Shown: piece by piece, positions 9,511 to 20,193 of the stretch
How the letters are laid out: every line of letters starts with the position of its first letter
Numbering within the stretch: the first letter of the stretch is position 1
DNA from: Octopus sinensis
Taxonomy: Eukaryota
DNA length: 26,186 nt
Direction: 5' to 3'
NCBI RefSeq assembly: GCF_006345805.1
Contig: NW_021835599.1
Location: forward strand, 1-26,186
Made by a program: the position numbers and the translations under genes
Notes under the pieces: generated by a model
Told to the model about the DNA's origin: nothing
What the model saw: only the letters and a program-made list of their open reading frames with translations
The model's database searches: none

Positions 9511-11106
9511 TTGCTACGGTTTATTTCCAGTCTGTCTCTACAAAGTTATAGGAAATCCAGTTTTGAATATAATAACCTTTATTCACATTTACAAAATATT
9601 TTGTTCAGATTTATTAGTGAAATTCTTTTCTTGCTTTCGCAATGTTTATATGGTTGTTATTATGTTAAACTGTCGTACGTCTAAATTTAGCCAAATACGT
9701 TTTATTCAGTATTTATTTTCATTTGCAATAGCCGGTTCTTTTAGTCGAAATATTGTATCTCTAGTTGCTTCAGATGGCAAGATATCGAAAATTGTTAAAG
9801 TGTAGTACAACGGTTTTGCTGTGGAATGGTGAAACTTTTTTTTTATCATTCTGAAAAAGCAGCGTTTGGGACTTTCGACCCTTTTGCATAATAGCAAAAA
9901 ATATTGAATTTTGTAAAATAGAATTTTCATCTAGATTTCAAAGCAACATGACAGCCAAAAGTTGCCATGTAACAGCATACTACATTATATGAGAAACAAA
10001 CGTATAGAAAACTCTAAAAGCATTTAGAAAAAAAAACCTCTTTGATTTTTAGTTAGTATGTCGTTAAGAATTTTTTAAAATCAGTGATTTTGTCTAGAGC
10101 TACATAAGGGCGACCGTGAAAACTTAGAGAAAATCTCTTCAAAATTTACAACGAAGAGATATAGACTTATACAATCCCTCTTCATTGGAAAAATTACCCC
10201 TCTATTCGTATCCCTTGCTTATAATTAACCCATTAACAATTTTTGTATTACAAAACTGCATTTAATTTCAACTCGGTCTACATTAACAATTTTCTAGTCT
10301 TCACAAAATTGTATTTAGAACTATATAAAAAATATTAAATACATTTTGAATTTAAATCGTTTGTCAGAATTTACTAATATTTTCAGTTATTTAATATAGT
10401 CTCTTTCTATTTTGAAACTGCAATATTTTCTGGGTATGTTTTCCGTGTCTGTCGTACAGCTTTTACTGTTAACACGTCGGGTCTCTAGACTCATTATTAG
10501 TTTTATCCCAAGGTCCCAATACGATATCTTAATTTTGACATGAGCGGCGTAATATTTTTACTCTATACTGAGGTAAGGATTGCAGTGTTAGATACCCACA
10601 TTCCACCGGAGAGTCGTTTGGTACCCTAGTTCATATCACATCTTAGATACCACACCGTGTCAATTAAAAATTTTAGCTCTCTTCTATTGGAAGATCTCGA
10701 AATTCTTTTTTCAAAAAGAACTATTTTGATTTCCATGGCCAGTAAAATATTTTTTATTTCTATTGGATAATTTTTTTTCAAAGAATTAACTATTTTTGTT
10801 TGACAATTTTGTCATTGAATCTTTTTTACTTCATGGTAAAATCAGAAGTAAAACGAGAATATAAAGTCTATTAAATCCTCTTAGCAAAAGCACAAATCTA
10901 AGAAATCGGAACATACCAGCTTTAAGAAAGAGAAAGAAAAAAACCCACCGGTTGGTAGGTCGTGCGGGACTCGCTAAGAGCACCGACATAACGTGTGGGA
11001 GCCAACGTGTAAACGGAGCTTAAGTGGTTATTTCGGTGTATTTTGAACCTTTTATGTAATCGCTAGGAAGACTAATGGGTGATTTTTGTGAACAACTTAG
11101 GCTCTC

Positions 11107-11194
11107 TATTTAAGGGTGGGAATAAGGGGATAAAGTGAGTAATTTCTGATTTCTCGTTATTTTCTCATCTGTTTGAAATCATTACATTGTAAGT
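11107..11194 (+). promoter_or_regulatory. Candidate first exon/promoter 2 of the tubulin gene (ends ATT|GTAAGT)
   Basis: TATTTAA (11107-11113), GGGTGGG, pyrimidine-rich UTR-like stretch and a perfect donor GTAAGT (11189-11194) preceded by ATT instead of ATG; CpG-richer patch at about 10950-11040. Confidence 0.4.
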
Positions 11195-12444
11195 ACTGCA
11201 TCATTATGTATTACAACATTATATTTAGGCGCAAAATTGGCCAGTATAGTGAAGTCTGAAACATAATCCGGAGATATTTTTTTGTTTTATTTCAAGAATT
11301 TTTTCCATTACTTTAACCTAATTGTGATTGAAGTTAATAAAATAACTAGCTAATTTTTAATAGATATTCTTTTCTCTGCTGGATTACAAGTAAATTTTTT
11401 TTCGCACGCTAATTTCATAATTTTCAAGTTTCAAAAAATGCCTAAAATAGTGTAAAAGGAGTAATTAATTTCAATCCCACTTTAACTACCTCGTGTGTAA
11501 ATCTCTCAGGAAGAGATACCCCAGCAGATCGTAAAGAAACTGTAGAGAATATTTTATCTTTAGTTGAGTTTCGCTATTTTTCATATGTATTGTTTTCCTT
11601 TGATCGCTTTTCATTTGACCGAGGTATTTAATTTTTTTTTTAGTTTTTGATCTTTCTGGTGTCTAAGGATGAATATTGATGTACGAGTCTGTTTTCGAAT
11701 GAGATTCTGGAGAATTGAAGAGGCAGATTTATCTTATTTTGGCTTACTCATTTGGCTCCAGCCAAATTTGTTTTATATACTCAGAACGGCGATAATTGTC
11801 TGAAATGTTATTCAGATTATTTTTTAAAGAATTTAGGGAAGGCCATTTGCTTAACTGATATAGTTTTTGTAGGGGAGCGCACATTTAAAAAAAAATATTG
11901 TCATTGTCTACTTTCCCTTACAGTTTATTTGACAGGCTTCCACATGGCCACCGCTAAATCCATTTCCGTTTACTAGATTGATCCACAGCTATACTGGAAG
12001 AAACTGTCTCAATGTAAAGTGGTGTTGAAATGAAGTAGAACGGAATATTTACATTAAACATGAAGGTTGTTTTAAAAAGATTTGTGTGCTTAATTAGATT
12101 TGAATTTATAAATATTGTGCTATTATCTCTTGTGGTATAATGGTTTAGTTCTGACAACTCATTTCAGTTGTTTTAATTTCTCCAAAAAGACCATTTTAAA
12201 GGTTTTTATGTACCTCTGCATGGCTCTTGTTGGCGAAAACTTGTTCAAATGCGTTTCAGTTACCATTTCTATCTTTTCCAAATTTAGAGTTCGCGTGATA
12301 TAAACATTTTGTTAATCAATAGGGTATGATCGGAAGGAATTCGACTGCTGTTTCTAACAGGCACCACCGAAATGCTCCCTTTTAGGCTCAACTCCCACTT
12401 CTATTATTATACCTTTTTTTTTTTTTTTTTTTAATTTTTTTCAG

Positions 12445-12661
12445 AGAGAATGTATCAGCGTTCACATAGGACAAGCAGGCGTCCAAATAGGTAACGCCTG
12501 TTGGGAGCTCTATTGCCTTGAACATGGAATCCAACAAAATGGTCAAGTATCATTTGAATCTTCTGGTGCTAATGATTCGTCTAGCACGTTCTTTCATGAG
12601 ATAGGCTCTGGGAAACGTGTCCCCAGAGCTATATTCGTCGATTTGGAGCCCTCAGTTGTTG
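12445..12661 (+). CDS. TUBA: Alpha-tubulin coding exon 2 (217 nt), not in the ORF track
   Basis: T-rich acceptor ...TTTCAG| then [72 protein letters not shown]-g|GTAAGT. The phase-1 junction rebuilds Asp (G+AT) with exon 3. Confidence 0.95.
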
Positions 12662-12921
12662 GTAAGTATAAACGTTTCAAAATTGTATTTACAAAAATGA
12701 ATTAAACAAGGAATTGACCTACCGCGCATTTAATGTTCTGTTTAATCAATCTTCTATGTTTTTTTCTGTCGGAAAAAAACTCGGAGATTTGTGATGAAGC
12801 AGTGGTTCCTTTTTTACTGCTATATTTCCGAACGCCGTTTTCTTAAATATTAGAAAATATTTCAAAATTCTGTTGTACAACAGAACTGATCACGGCAGTA
12901 AAATGTGTCGACTATAAAATC

Positions 12922-13328
12922 GGATCTTTTCGGTTTGAACGGCAGTTTTTTTCTAGCGGTGTCATATGAAATTGTCACCTATAATTACGACCCTAGTATC
13001 GATCTATTGCATTTCAATCTGTTTTAGGGTTAGGTAGGTGTGGGGGGAAGGGTATCTTTTTTCTTCCCAAATGTAAATAAACCCAATCTGTTTCTTAAAC
13101 GAGACATATTTATACAGCACAGAATGCTTTTTACCTCAATGGACGGCATTGATTGGTTGAAATTGCAGAAATTGAAGAAAAAAACAACAAATATCTTACA
13201 AACTATCGAATTTTCTAAAAGCCAAGAGAAAAAGATGTTTTATAAACACATTCTACCAGTATACGAAGTTTAAAATTTTTTAGTTACCTAGAAATTGTTA
13301 AAAGCTGCCGTTCAAACCGGAAAGATCC
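12922..13328. mobile_element. MITE in tubulin intron 2: 29-bp TIRs and 6-bp TSD
   Basis: Left TIR GGATCTTTTCGGTTTGAACGGCAGTTTTT (12922-12950); right TIR 13300-13328 matches its reverse complement at 27/29; AAAATC at 12916-12921 and 13329-13334; internal TTAGGGTTAGG at 13024-13034. Confidence 0.9.
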
Positions 13329-13561
13329 AAAATCGGTTAAATGCGAGTGGAATAGTGAATGTTTATGTAGCCATTATTTGAACGTAAGTATTGTTAGCAG
13401 TATATTCTGAGGAATGTCGTACATGGAAGTATTTTGTTGAACTGATAAAGCAAGTAACTGTTTGAGAATCTCTACATTTCATACTCCTCTAATATAAGAA
13501 AACTCTTTTAATTTTTATATTGCCAGTTTGATATATTATTGCTCAAAATCTTATTTTCCAG

Positions 13562-14685
13562 ATGAAATACGCGTTGGAAAATACAGCCAGTTATTTCACC
13601 CGAACCAACTCATCAGTGGTAAAGAGGATGCAGCCAACAATTACGCCAGGGGCCACTATACCGTTGGCAAGGAAATCATTGATTCGGTCTGTGACCAAAT
13701 TCATAAAGTAACTGAACAATGCTCTGGCCTCCAGGGCTTCTTGATTTTTCATAGTTTCGGTGGCGGCACCGGTTCTGGATTTACGTCTCTGCTAATGGAG
13801 CGCCTGAGTGTTGACTTTGGTAAAAAGACAAAGCTTCAATTTTCAGTCTATCCGGCACCACGAATTTCTACAGCTGTAGTAGAACCGTACAATTCCGTCT
13901 TAACCACTCATACCACTCTAGAGCATTGTGACTGCGCTTTCATGGTCGACAATGAAGCAATTTATGATATCTGTAAAAGGCATTTAGATGTTGGGTATCC
14001 AAGATACATCAACCTTAATCGTCCAATTGCTCAGGTAGTGAGCTCTATTACTGCTTCTCTAAGGTTTGATGGGTCCCTTAATGTTGATTTAACCGAGTTT
14101 CAAACCAACCTGGTACCTTATCCACGTATTCATTTCCCATTGGTTTCGTATGCACCAATAATATCGGTTGAGAAAGCTTACCACGAGCAGTTAACCGTTT
14201 CTGAAATAACAAACGCGTGCTTTGAAACCGGTAATCAGATGGTTAAATGTGACCCTCGTCGTGGGAAGTACATGGCTTGTTGTCTGTTGTACCGAGGTGA
14301 TGTGGTCTCGAAAGATGTTAACGCTGCTATTGCAGCAATTAAAAAGAAAAAATCCATCAAGTTTGTGGATTGGTGCCCAACAGGGTTTAAAGTTGGTATC
14401 AATTCCCAACCCCCGACCGTTGTCCCTGGAGGAGATATGGCCAAGGTCCAACGGGCCGTGTGCTTGCTGAGCAATACGACAGCTATTGCTGACGCTTGGG
14501 CCCGTCTGAATTATAAATTTGACTTAATGTATGCCAAGCGAGCTTTTGTTCATTGGTATGTTGGTGAAGGTATGGAGGAAGGAGAGTTCACGGAAGCGCG
14601 CGAAGATTTGGCTGCGTTGGAGAAAGATTATGAGGAAGTTGGTTCTGATTCACTTGAAACGGAAGATGAGATCGAAGAATATTAA
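13562..14685 (+). CDS. TUBA: Alpha-tubulin coding exon 3 (1124 nt, to TAA)
   Basis: Acceptor TTTTCCAG| at 13561. [35 protein letters not shown] and C-terminal EEY are present. 3+217+1124 = 1344 nt, 447 aa. The ORF-track N-terminus [11 protein letters not shown] is intronic. Confidence 0.97.
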
Positions 14686-14844
14686 ATATTATATATGAAA
14701 CTTTATTACAAACCGATTGAGAGGTATATTATACACATGTGAATGTGTTGCTCCGCTATTAAACGAATGATTTTTATTTTATTTATTTATTTTTTTTTTG
14801 CGATATTAAAATCGCATTGTTTTCCTGTTTTGTTGCATATTCGA

Positions 14845-14850
14845 AATAAA
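14845..14850 (+). promoter_or_regulatory. Likely polyadenylation signal of the tubulin gene
   Basis: AATAAA 160 nt after the stop codon in a U-rich 3' UTR, with T-rich tracts downstream. Confidence 0.55.
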
Positions 14851-15017
14851 GACATTTTAGAAACATTTTTGAAACATTAGCCCGATATAGCAATCTTTTT
14901 TCTTTTTTTTTTTTTTCCCCCGTGTCTAATTCATGAAACGTTTTGTATCTGAAGCAGTCGCATGCCTTATAGATAAAATTTTTATTCAGGGGATATTTTC
15001 TGTTCGCAAATGCTAAT

Positions 15018-15187
15018 TATTATTGGCACACCAGGTTTAACGGAGAGGTGAATCGATTAAATCGACTCCAGTGGCCCAACTACTACTGATGTTATCACCC
15101 GTGAACGGCGAATTCGTTCTCGAGAGAATTTGAACTCGGAGCGTATAGGACGAAACGCCGGATACCGATTCAGACGCATCGCTGCCT
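15018..15187 (-). mobile_element. Old, degenerate SINE family A copy
   Basis: ATCGATTAAATCGACTCCAGT and GAATTTGAACTCGGAGCGTA..GACGAAA match the family body and B box. Confidence 0.65.
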
Positions 15188-16023
15188 TTTAATACCAGCG
15201 ACAATACCCTTACAATTATGCATTTTCCTTACAGCAAAAGTCACGAAGTCTATCGTAAGCAGATTTCGAAATATCCGGTGATCCTTTGTTTGGTTAATGT
15301 TTAGTAAAACTGTGCTTTCTGTTTCATGTTTGCTAACCAGAAAACTCTTTCAAAAATATTTAACCATTTCTCGTTAAATACAAAGGAAATTAGAATGAAA
15401 ATGGGTTAGCTTTGTTACCAATAAAGTTAAACAAAAGCTACCGAATCTAATTACTGAACGTTAAGACTCACAGATACAAGGGAAACACGCGCACAGAGAG
15501 AAATTGTCTTACGATGTTTCTTTTTTTTTTTTTTTTTTTTGTTTCTTTTGCAACGGATAATACTGGTGCTGATTGTTTACACTATTCTCAGATTGCATGA
15601 TACTGTGTGTGTGTGTGTGCGTCTTACGCATATTGAAAAAAATGAGTGGGAGAGGGGGGTAAAATGCAAAAATATAATATGCATTGGTTTCGGTTGTTTA
15701 AGACGACTGTCTGATACTGGAATAAAATGGAAGAAAAATTGAAATAAAACTTTCATAACACTAGTTCTCGTTGTTCATAAACCTTATAATAATCATTTGG
15801 TACTGTACTGCGTGTATTCGCCTGTGGATCTATTCCATATCTTTTTATTGGTGATCTCGAAGCACAAACTATAAACAAAAAATGTTTGGCTAGAAAATGT
15901 TGATGTCTGCCCGTTAAGAATGGCGGTTAATTGCATTAATTCATCTTGTGCAAATAAACGCGTCATGGTTCGACTGGGTTAACTGCCACTGAAAAATATA
16001 GTGATTGATTATTGAAGTAAATT

Positions 16024-16230
16024 GGCGATCTGGCACAATCGTTAGCACGTCGATAAAATGAGTGGCGTCATTTCTTCCGGTTCTTCACAATCTGCGTTCA
16101 AATTCCAACTCGGTCAACTTTGCATTTCATTTCAAGGTTTATAAAATAAAGTACCAGTTGAGCACTGGAGTCGGTGTAATCGATTGCCCCTCTGCACAAA
16201 GTTGCTGACCTTGTGCAAAATTGAGAAAAT
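16024..16230 (+). mobile_element. Diverged SINE family A copy
   Basis: GGCGATCTGGCACAATCGTTAGCAC head, GTTCAAATTCC B box, AAAGTACCAGTTGAGCACTGG body. Confidence 0.8.
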
Positions 16231-16502
16231 TATATAATTAACGCCAATTACAAGCTAAAACGAGAAACGTCGTCAGGGGGATGAGTTTCTTTACTCTGTC
16301 CCAAATTAGTTCTGATTAAGGTAATTTAATATTGAGCAGTACATTCATTCATTCATAAATTCGAGTCATGGTATCCTTTGTATCCTGAATGTTGAATCGC
16401 AATGAGACAACTTATGTATTTACATCAAAATATAATATATTCAGTTGGCTACTAAGTTCCCGCCGTTTTTTTAAAAGGTTAAATAAAAAATAAATTAATA
16501 AT

Positions 16503-16758
16503 AGGCGCTGGAGTGGCTGTGTGGTAAGTAGCTTGCTAACCAACCACATGGTTCCGGGTTCAGTCCCACTGCGTGGCATCTTGGGCAAGTGTCTTCTGCT
16601 ATAGCCCCGGGCCGACTAATGCCTTGTGAGTGGATTTGGTAGAGGAAACTGAAAAAAGCCTCGTATATATGTATATATATGTGTGTTTGTATGTCTGCGT
16701 TTGTCCCCCTTGTTTGACAACCGATGCTGGTGTGTTTACGTCCCCATCACTTAGCGGT
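16503..16758 (+). mobile_element. tRNA-derived CORE-like SINE (family B), 3'-truncated
   Basis: A box GAGTGGCTGTGTGG, B box GGGTTCAGTCCC, CORE-like CTTGGGCAAGTGTCTT, internal (TA)/(TG) stretch. Confidence 0.88.
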
Positions 16759-16941
16759 AGAAATCCCCCGATTTCGACTCGAAAAATTGATCCAACCAAG
16801 CTCTCAATTCTGCATCAGTATGGAACGAAACTCCGCGCGTAGCATTTGAAAGAGATCGAAAGAGATGGAAATCCGTTGGTCCCGAATCAGGAGAGCACGG
16901 CGGGTGTGGCAGCACTTCCCAGCCATGCGTTTGAATGGCTT

Positions 16942-17153
16942 CCTATTTCTTTACTACCTACAAGGGGCTAAACACAGAACAGACAAACGGATTAAGCCGA
17001 TTATATCGACCCCAGTGCGTAACTGGTACTTATTTAATCGACCCCGAAAGGATGAAAGGCAAAGTCGACCTCGGCGGAATTTGAACTCAGAACGTAACGG
17101 CAGACGAAATACGGCTACACATTTCGCCTGGCTGCTAACGATTCTGCCAACTC
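16942..17153 (-). mobile_element. SINE family A copy
   Basis: Near-identical body and tail to 6111-6343 and 7807-8039. Confidence 0.92.
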
Positions 17154-17163
17154 TCCATCAACC

Positions 17164-17400
17164 AGACGTGATTGGTATGCCAAGTTCAAAAATGGAAATT
17201 TTGACCTCAAAGACGTACCTCGTTCTGGCCGTCCAGTTGGGTTCGATGAAGAGCAATTAAACCAACTTTTGTACGAAAATTCTCGTCAAAGTACAAGGGT
17301 ACTGGCAGAGAAAATGGAATGCTCCCACACTGCTATAGAGAATCATCTTCACTCTATGGGAAGGTTTCAGAAGTATGGATCATGGGTTCTGCATGTTTTA
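17164..17400 (+). mobile_element. Mariner transposase N-terminal (HTH) relic
   Basis: 79 open codons RRDWYAKFKNGNFDLKDVPRSGRPVGFDEEQLNQLLYENSRQSTRVLAEKMECSHTAIENHLHSMGRFQKYGSWVLHVL; contains RSGRP and a WVPHEL-like motif; no DD34D domain or TIRs seen. Confidence 0.88.
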
Positions 17401-17975
17401 TTTGGAGGTCAAAATTTCCATTTTTGAAATTAGCACACCAATCACGTGTGGTTCATCTCCATACACAGCACAAATGTAGCGAGCAGATTTTGCGGCCTTA
17501 AAAGTAAAAAGGAGGTGTCTTTCTTAACTTGACATTCCATTTTAATGATCTGAAAATAAACTAAAATTAACTAAAATTAACTAGAAAAAAAATAGATTTC
17601 ACAACACCACAAAATTTACAAGAACTCCTCCCCCGGTGAAATAGGTTACGTGTACATGGAGGAGAGAGTGGTGTCACTCAACGATAGGGAAAACGGTAAG
17701 CGAAAGACTGGATCAAAGACTAAAGAGGACTCAAGACTCAGAGGTGGCGAGTGGTGTTACTCAGTGTGAGGTGAGTAACACACTTTTCGTATTCTCATTT
17801 CTTAGCCATCATTCATGTATCATTATTCTAATATTTTGATTTTAATGTTTTTCATGTTCATTTTCATGTGTCATTTATAGCATCATATTTTTATTTTAAT
17901 TGCTATATGTCCCCACATGTGTTATAGTGTCCCCTCTATGTAATGCCTTTATGGCAATTTAAAAATAAAATAAAG

Positions 17976-18388
17976 AAGCTTGCTTCCCAGCCAAATGGTT
18001 TCGGGTCCCGTCCCACTGCGTGGCACCTTGGGCAAGTGACTTCTACTATAGCTCGGGCCAACCAAAGCCTTGTGAAGGGATTTGGCAGACGGAAACAGAA
18101 AGAAGCTCGTTGTGTGTTTACATATATGCGTGTGTGTGTGTGTATGTATATATTTATATGTGTCTTTGTGTCTGTCTTTGTCTCGCCTTCCCTCACCATT
18201 GCTTTCAACCGATGTTGGTGTATTTATATCCCTATAACTTATCGGATTCGCGAATGATACTGATAGAATAAGTAATATGCTTACAAAGAATAAGTCCTGG
18301 AGTCGATTCCTTCGTCTAAAAAGCCTTTTGAGGCGGTGCTCCTGCATGGCCGCAGTCAAATGACTGAAACAAGTAAAAGAATAAAAGA
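17976..18388 (+). mobile_element. SINE family B, head-truncated, complete 3' tail
   Basis: CACCTTGGGCAAGTGACTT core; tail GCATGGCCGCAGTCAAATGACTGAAACAAGTAAAAGAATAAAAGA. Confidence 0.88.
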
Positions 18389-18707
18389 ACAGTACACACG
18401 CAATATGATTCCATGTTCGGGCATGAATTAATTCAGACGTATTTCCTGATGTTTCATTACATATTTAAGAGCAACAACAGCAGTGACAACAGGAATGACG
18501 AAAAGCTGAGATAGAAAAGGAAAAGAGACGAAAAGAGAAAGTGAGATAAGAGAGACGAAAGAGAAAGAAAACGTTTGGGAAAGACTATTCTAGACGCATG
18601 GGAAGGGGCCCATATCTCCCCTAGATGCCGAGAAACACACAAACGCTTACATCACAACCGATTTCCAAATAAGTCAATTTAACAGCCTTAACGAAGACTG
18701 TGTACAC

Positions 18708-18900
18708 CAGAGGTTCTTATCCGGGGTTCATATATGATTTTGTATGGACCACGTATGCAATATAGTAAACTGGGGGTGAACAGTAATTTTTCAGAGGCCA
18801 TGAAAAAATTGTACTTCAGACCAGTAAAGTTTATCTGCAGTAAATCGATTATACGTCCACAGTGCACAAAATATTTTAACATTTTAAACACAATTCTTAA
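18708..18900 (+). mobile_element. Possible hAT-type MITE left end
   Basis: Starts CAGAGGTTCTTATCCGGGG, resembling CAGGGGTTCTCAACC termini; no matching right TIR found. Confidence 0.35.
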
Positions 18901-18918
18901 TATTTAATTATAAATTAC

Positions 18919-19162
18919 AATACCTCGTTTGATTGTTACTTCGGCTAAGTACTGGTTCTTAAAGGAAAGACGTATTTTCCAACTAGGCATGATGTTCTTA
19001 ATCGGCGCACACACGTTCTCAGTCATTCCACACATGTCGAGAGTTTCCAAAATCCACAAATGCGGCAACGTGTAAGCCTTTTTGAAGTTTATCCAGGCAA
19101 TGCTTAAGTATTTTTCTGGTACCGTTTACAGTACTTCCTTATAATCTTGTCTATCACAAGGT
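18919..19162 (-). mobile_element. Dong/R4-like LINE reverse transcriptase relic
   Basis: Minus: LVIDKIIRKYCKRYQK-(fs)-LSIAWINFKKAYTLPHLWILETLDMCG...MPSWKIRLSFKNQYLAEVTIKRGI, matching the AWIDYKKAYDSVPHSWI and KRGIFQG motifs. Confidence 0.8.
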
Positions 19163-19164
19163 GA

Positions 19165-19508
19165 TTATTACCTCCGACATAGCGAAGGCGGGGTTATTGT
19201 TTCCAGTCGTGTTTAGTTGTTTGTTAGTTTGGTTGGTTGTCCGTGGATAAGATATCTCAAGAAACCGCCGGATGGATTCGGATGAAACTTCAGGGATGTT
19301 TGGCCTCGTGACCGGCCGGCATGAATTGATTAGATTTTGTGACCGATCCGGTACCGGACAAGGATTCTGGTTTATTTTTCCTGTTTCTTTACTTAAGGGT
19401 TCATTTTTAGTATTCTTGTTTGTGAGAGCAGTCGAGTTTATTTCAGATATTCTCATTTTAAAAATCATCTCTGGCTAATTGTTGAGAGGACGTTCGTGTT
19501 GCCTTGGC
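19165..19508 (+). mobile_element. Helentron/DINE-1-like HINE, cut at its 3' end by a SINE
   Basis: 5' hairpin ACCTCCG..CGGGGT, (GTTT/GGTT)n core, GATATCTCAAG..GGATGGATTCGGATGAAACTT; homologous to 7316-7420; ends GCCTTGGC. Confidence 0.62.
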
Positions 19509-19811
19509 CCAGAAAGGATGAAAGGTAAAGTCGACCTTGGTGGAATTTGAACTCAGAACGTAGCGGCAGACGAAATACCTATTTCTTTTACTACCCACAA
19601 GGGGTTAAAAACAGAGAGGACAAACAAGAACAGACAAACGGATTAAGTCGATTATATCGACCCCAGTGTGTAACTGGTACTTATTTAATCGACCCCGAAA
19701 GGATGAAAAGCAAAGTCGACCTCGGCGAAATTTGAACTCAGAACGTAGCGGCAGACGAAATACCAGTAACTATTTCGCCCGGCGTGCTAACGTTTCAGCC
19801 AGCTTGCCGCC
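19508..19811 (-). mobile_element. Two nested/tandem SINE family A copies (19508-19579 partial; 19578-19811 full)
   Basis: Duplicated GAAAGGATGAAA..AAAGTCGACCT..GAATTTGAACTCAGAACGTAGCGGCAGACGAAATACC block. Confidence 0.9.
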
Positions 19812-19866
19812 TTTCATATAGGTATATTGATACCATAGTTACCACTACCCGCCAGAAACAAACGAA

Positions 19867-19952
19867 GGAATTTGAACTCAGAATGTAAAGACGGACGAAA
19901 TGCTGCTAAGCATTTTGTCTGGTATGCTAACGTTTCAGCCAGCTCACCACCG
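19867..19952 (-). mobile_element. SINE family A head fragment
   Basis: GGAATTTGAACTCAGAATGTAAAGACGGACGAAATG...GCTAACGTTTCAGCCAGCTCACC. Confidence 0.8.
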
Positions 19953-19989
19953 CTGGGACTAAACCATATAATATTTAAAGCAATCAAAG

Positions 19990-20193
19990 GCAGCGGCGGC
20001 CGGCTGGCAGAATCGTTAGCTTGGTGGCATTTCGTCCGTCTTTACGTTCTGAGTTCAAAACCCGGCATGTTCGGCTTTGACTTTCATACTTTCGAGGTCG
20101 ATAAAATAAATACTAGTCGAACACTTGGGCCAATGAAACCGACTTATCTCCCTTCCACGAAATTACTGGCATTGCACCGAAATTTGAAACTAA
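19990..20193 (+). mobile_element. SINE family A copy
   Basis: GGCGGCCGGCTGGCAGAATCGTTAGC head, GTTCTGAGTTCAAA B box. Confidence 0.85.

Noticed and set aside
10833-10841. Other ATG|GT first-exon candidates (9826, 10833, 12140)
   Set aside because: Weak donors (GTGAAA, GTAAAA, GTTTAG) with no promoter-like context.
13528-13561. ORF-track start of the 385-aa tubulin
   Set aside because: Intronic; the true N-terminus is in exon 12445-12661, so the gene is not an N-truncated retrocopy.
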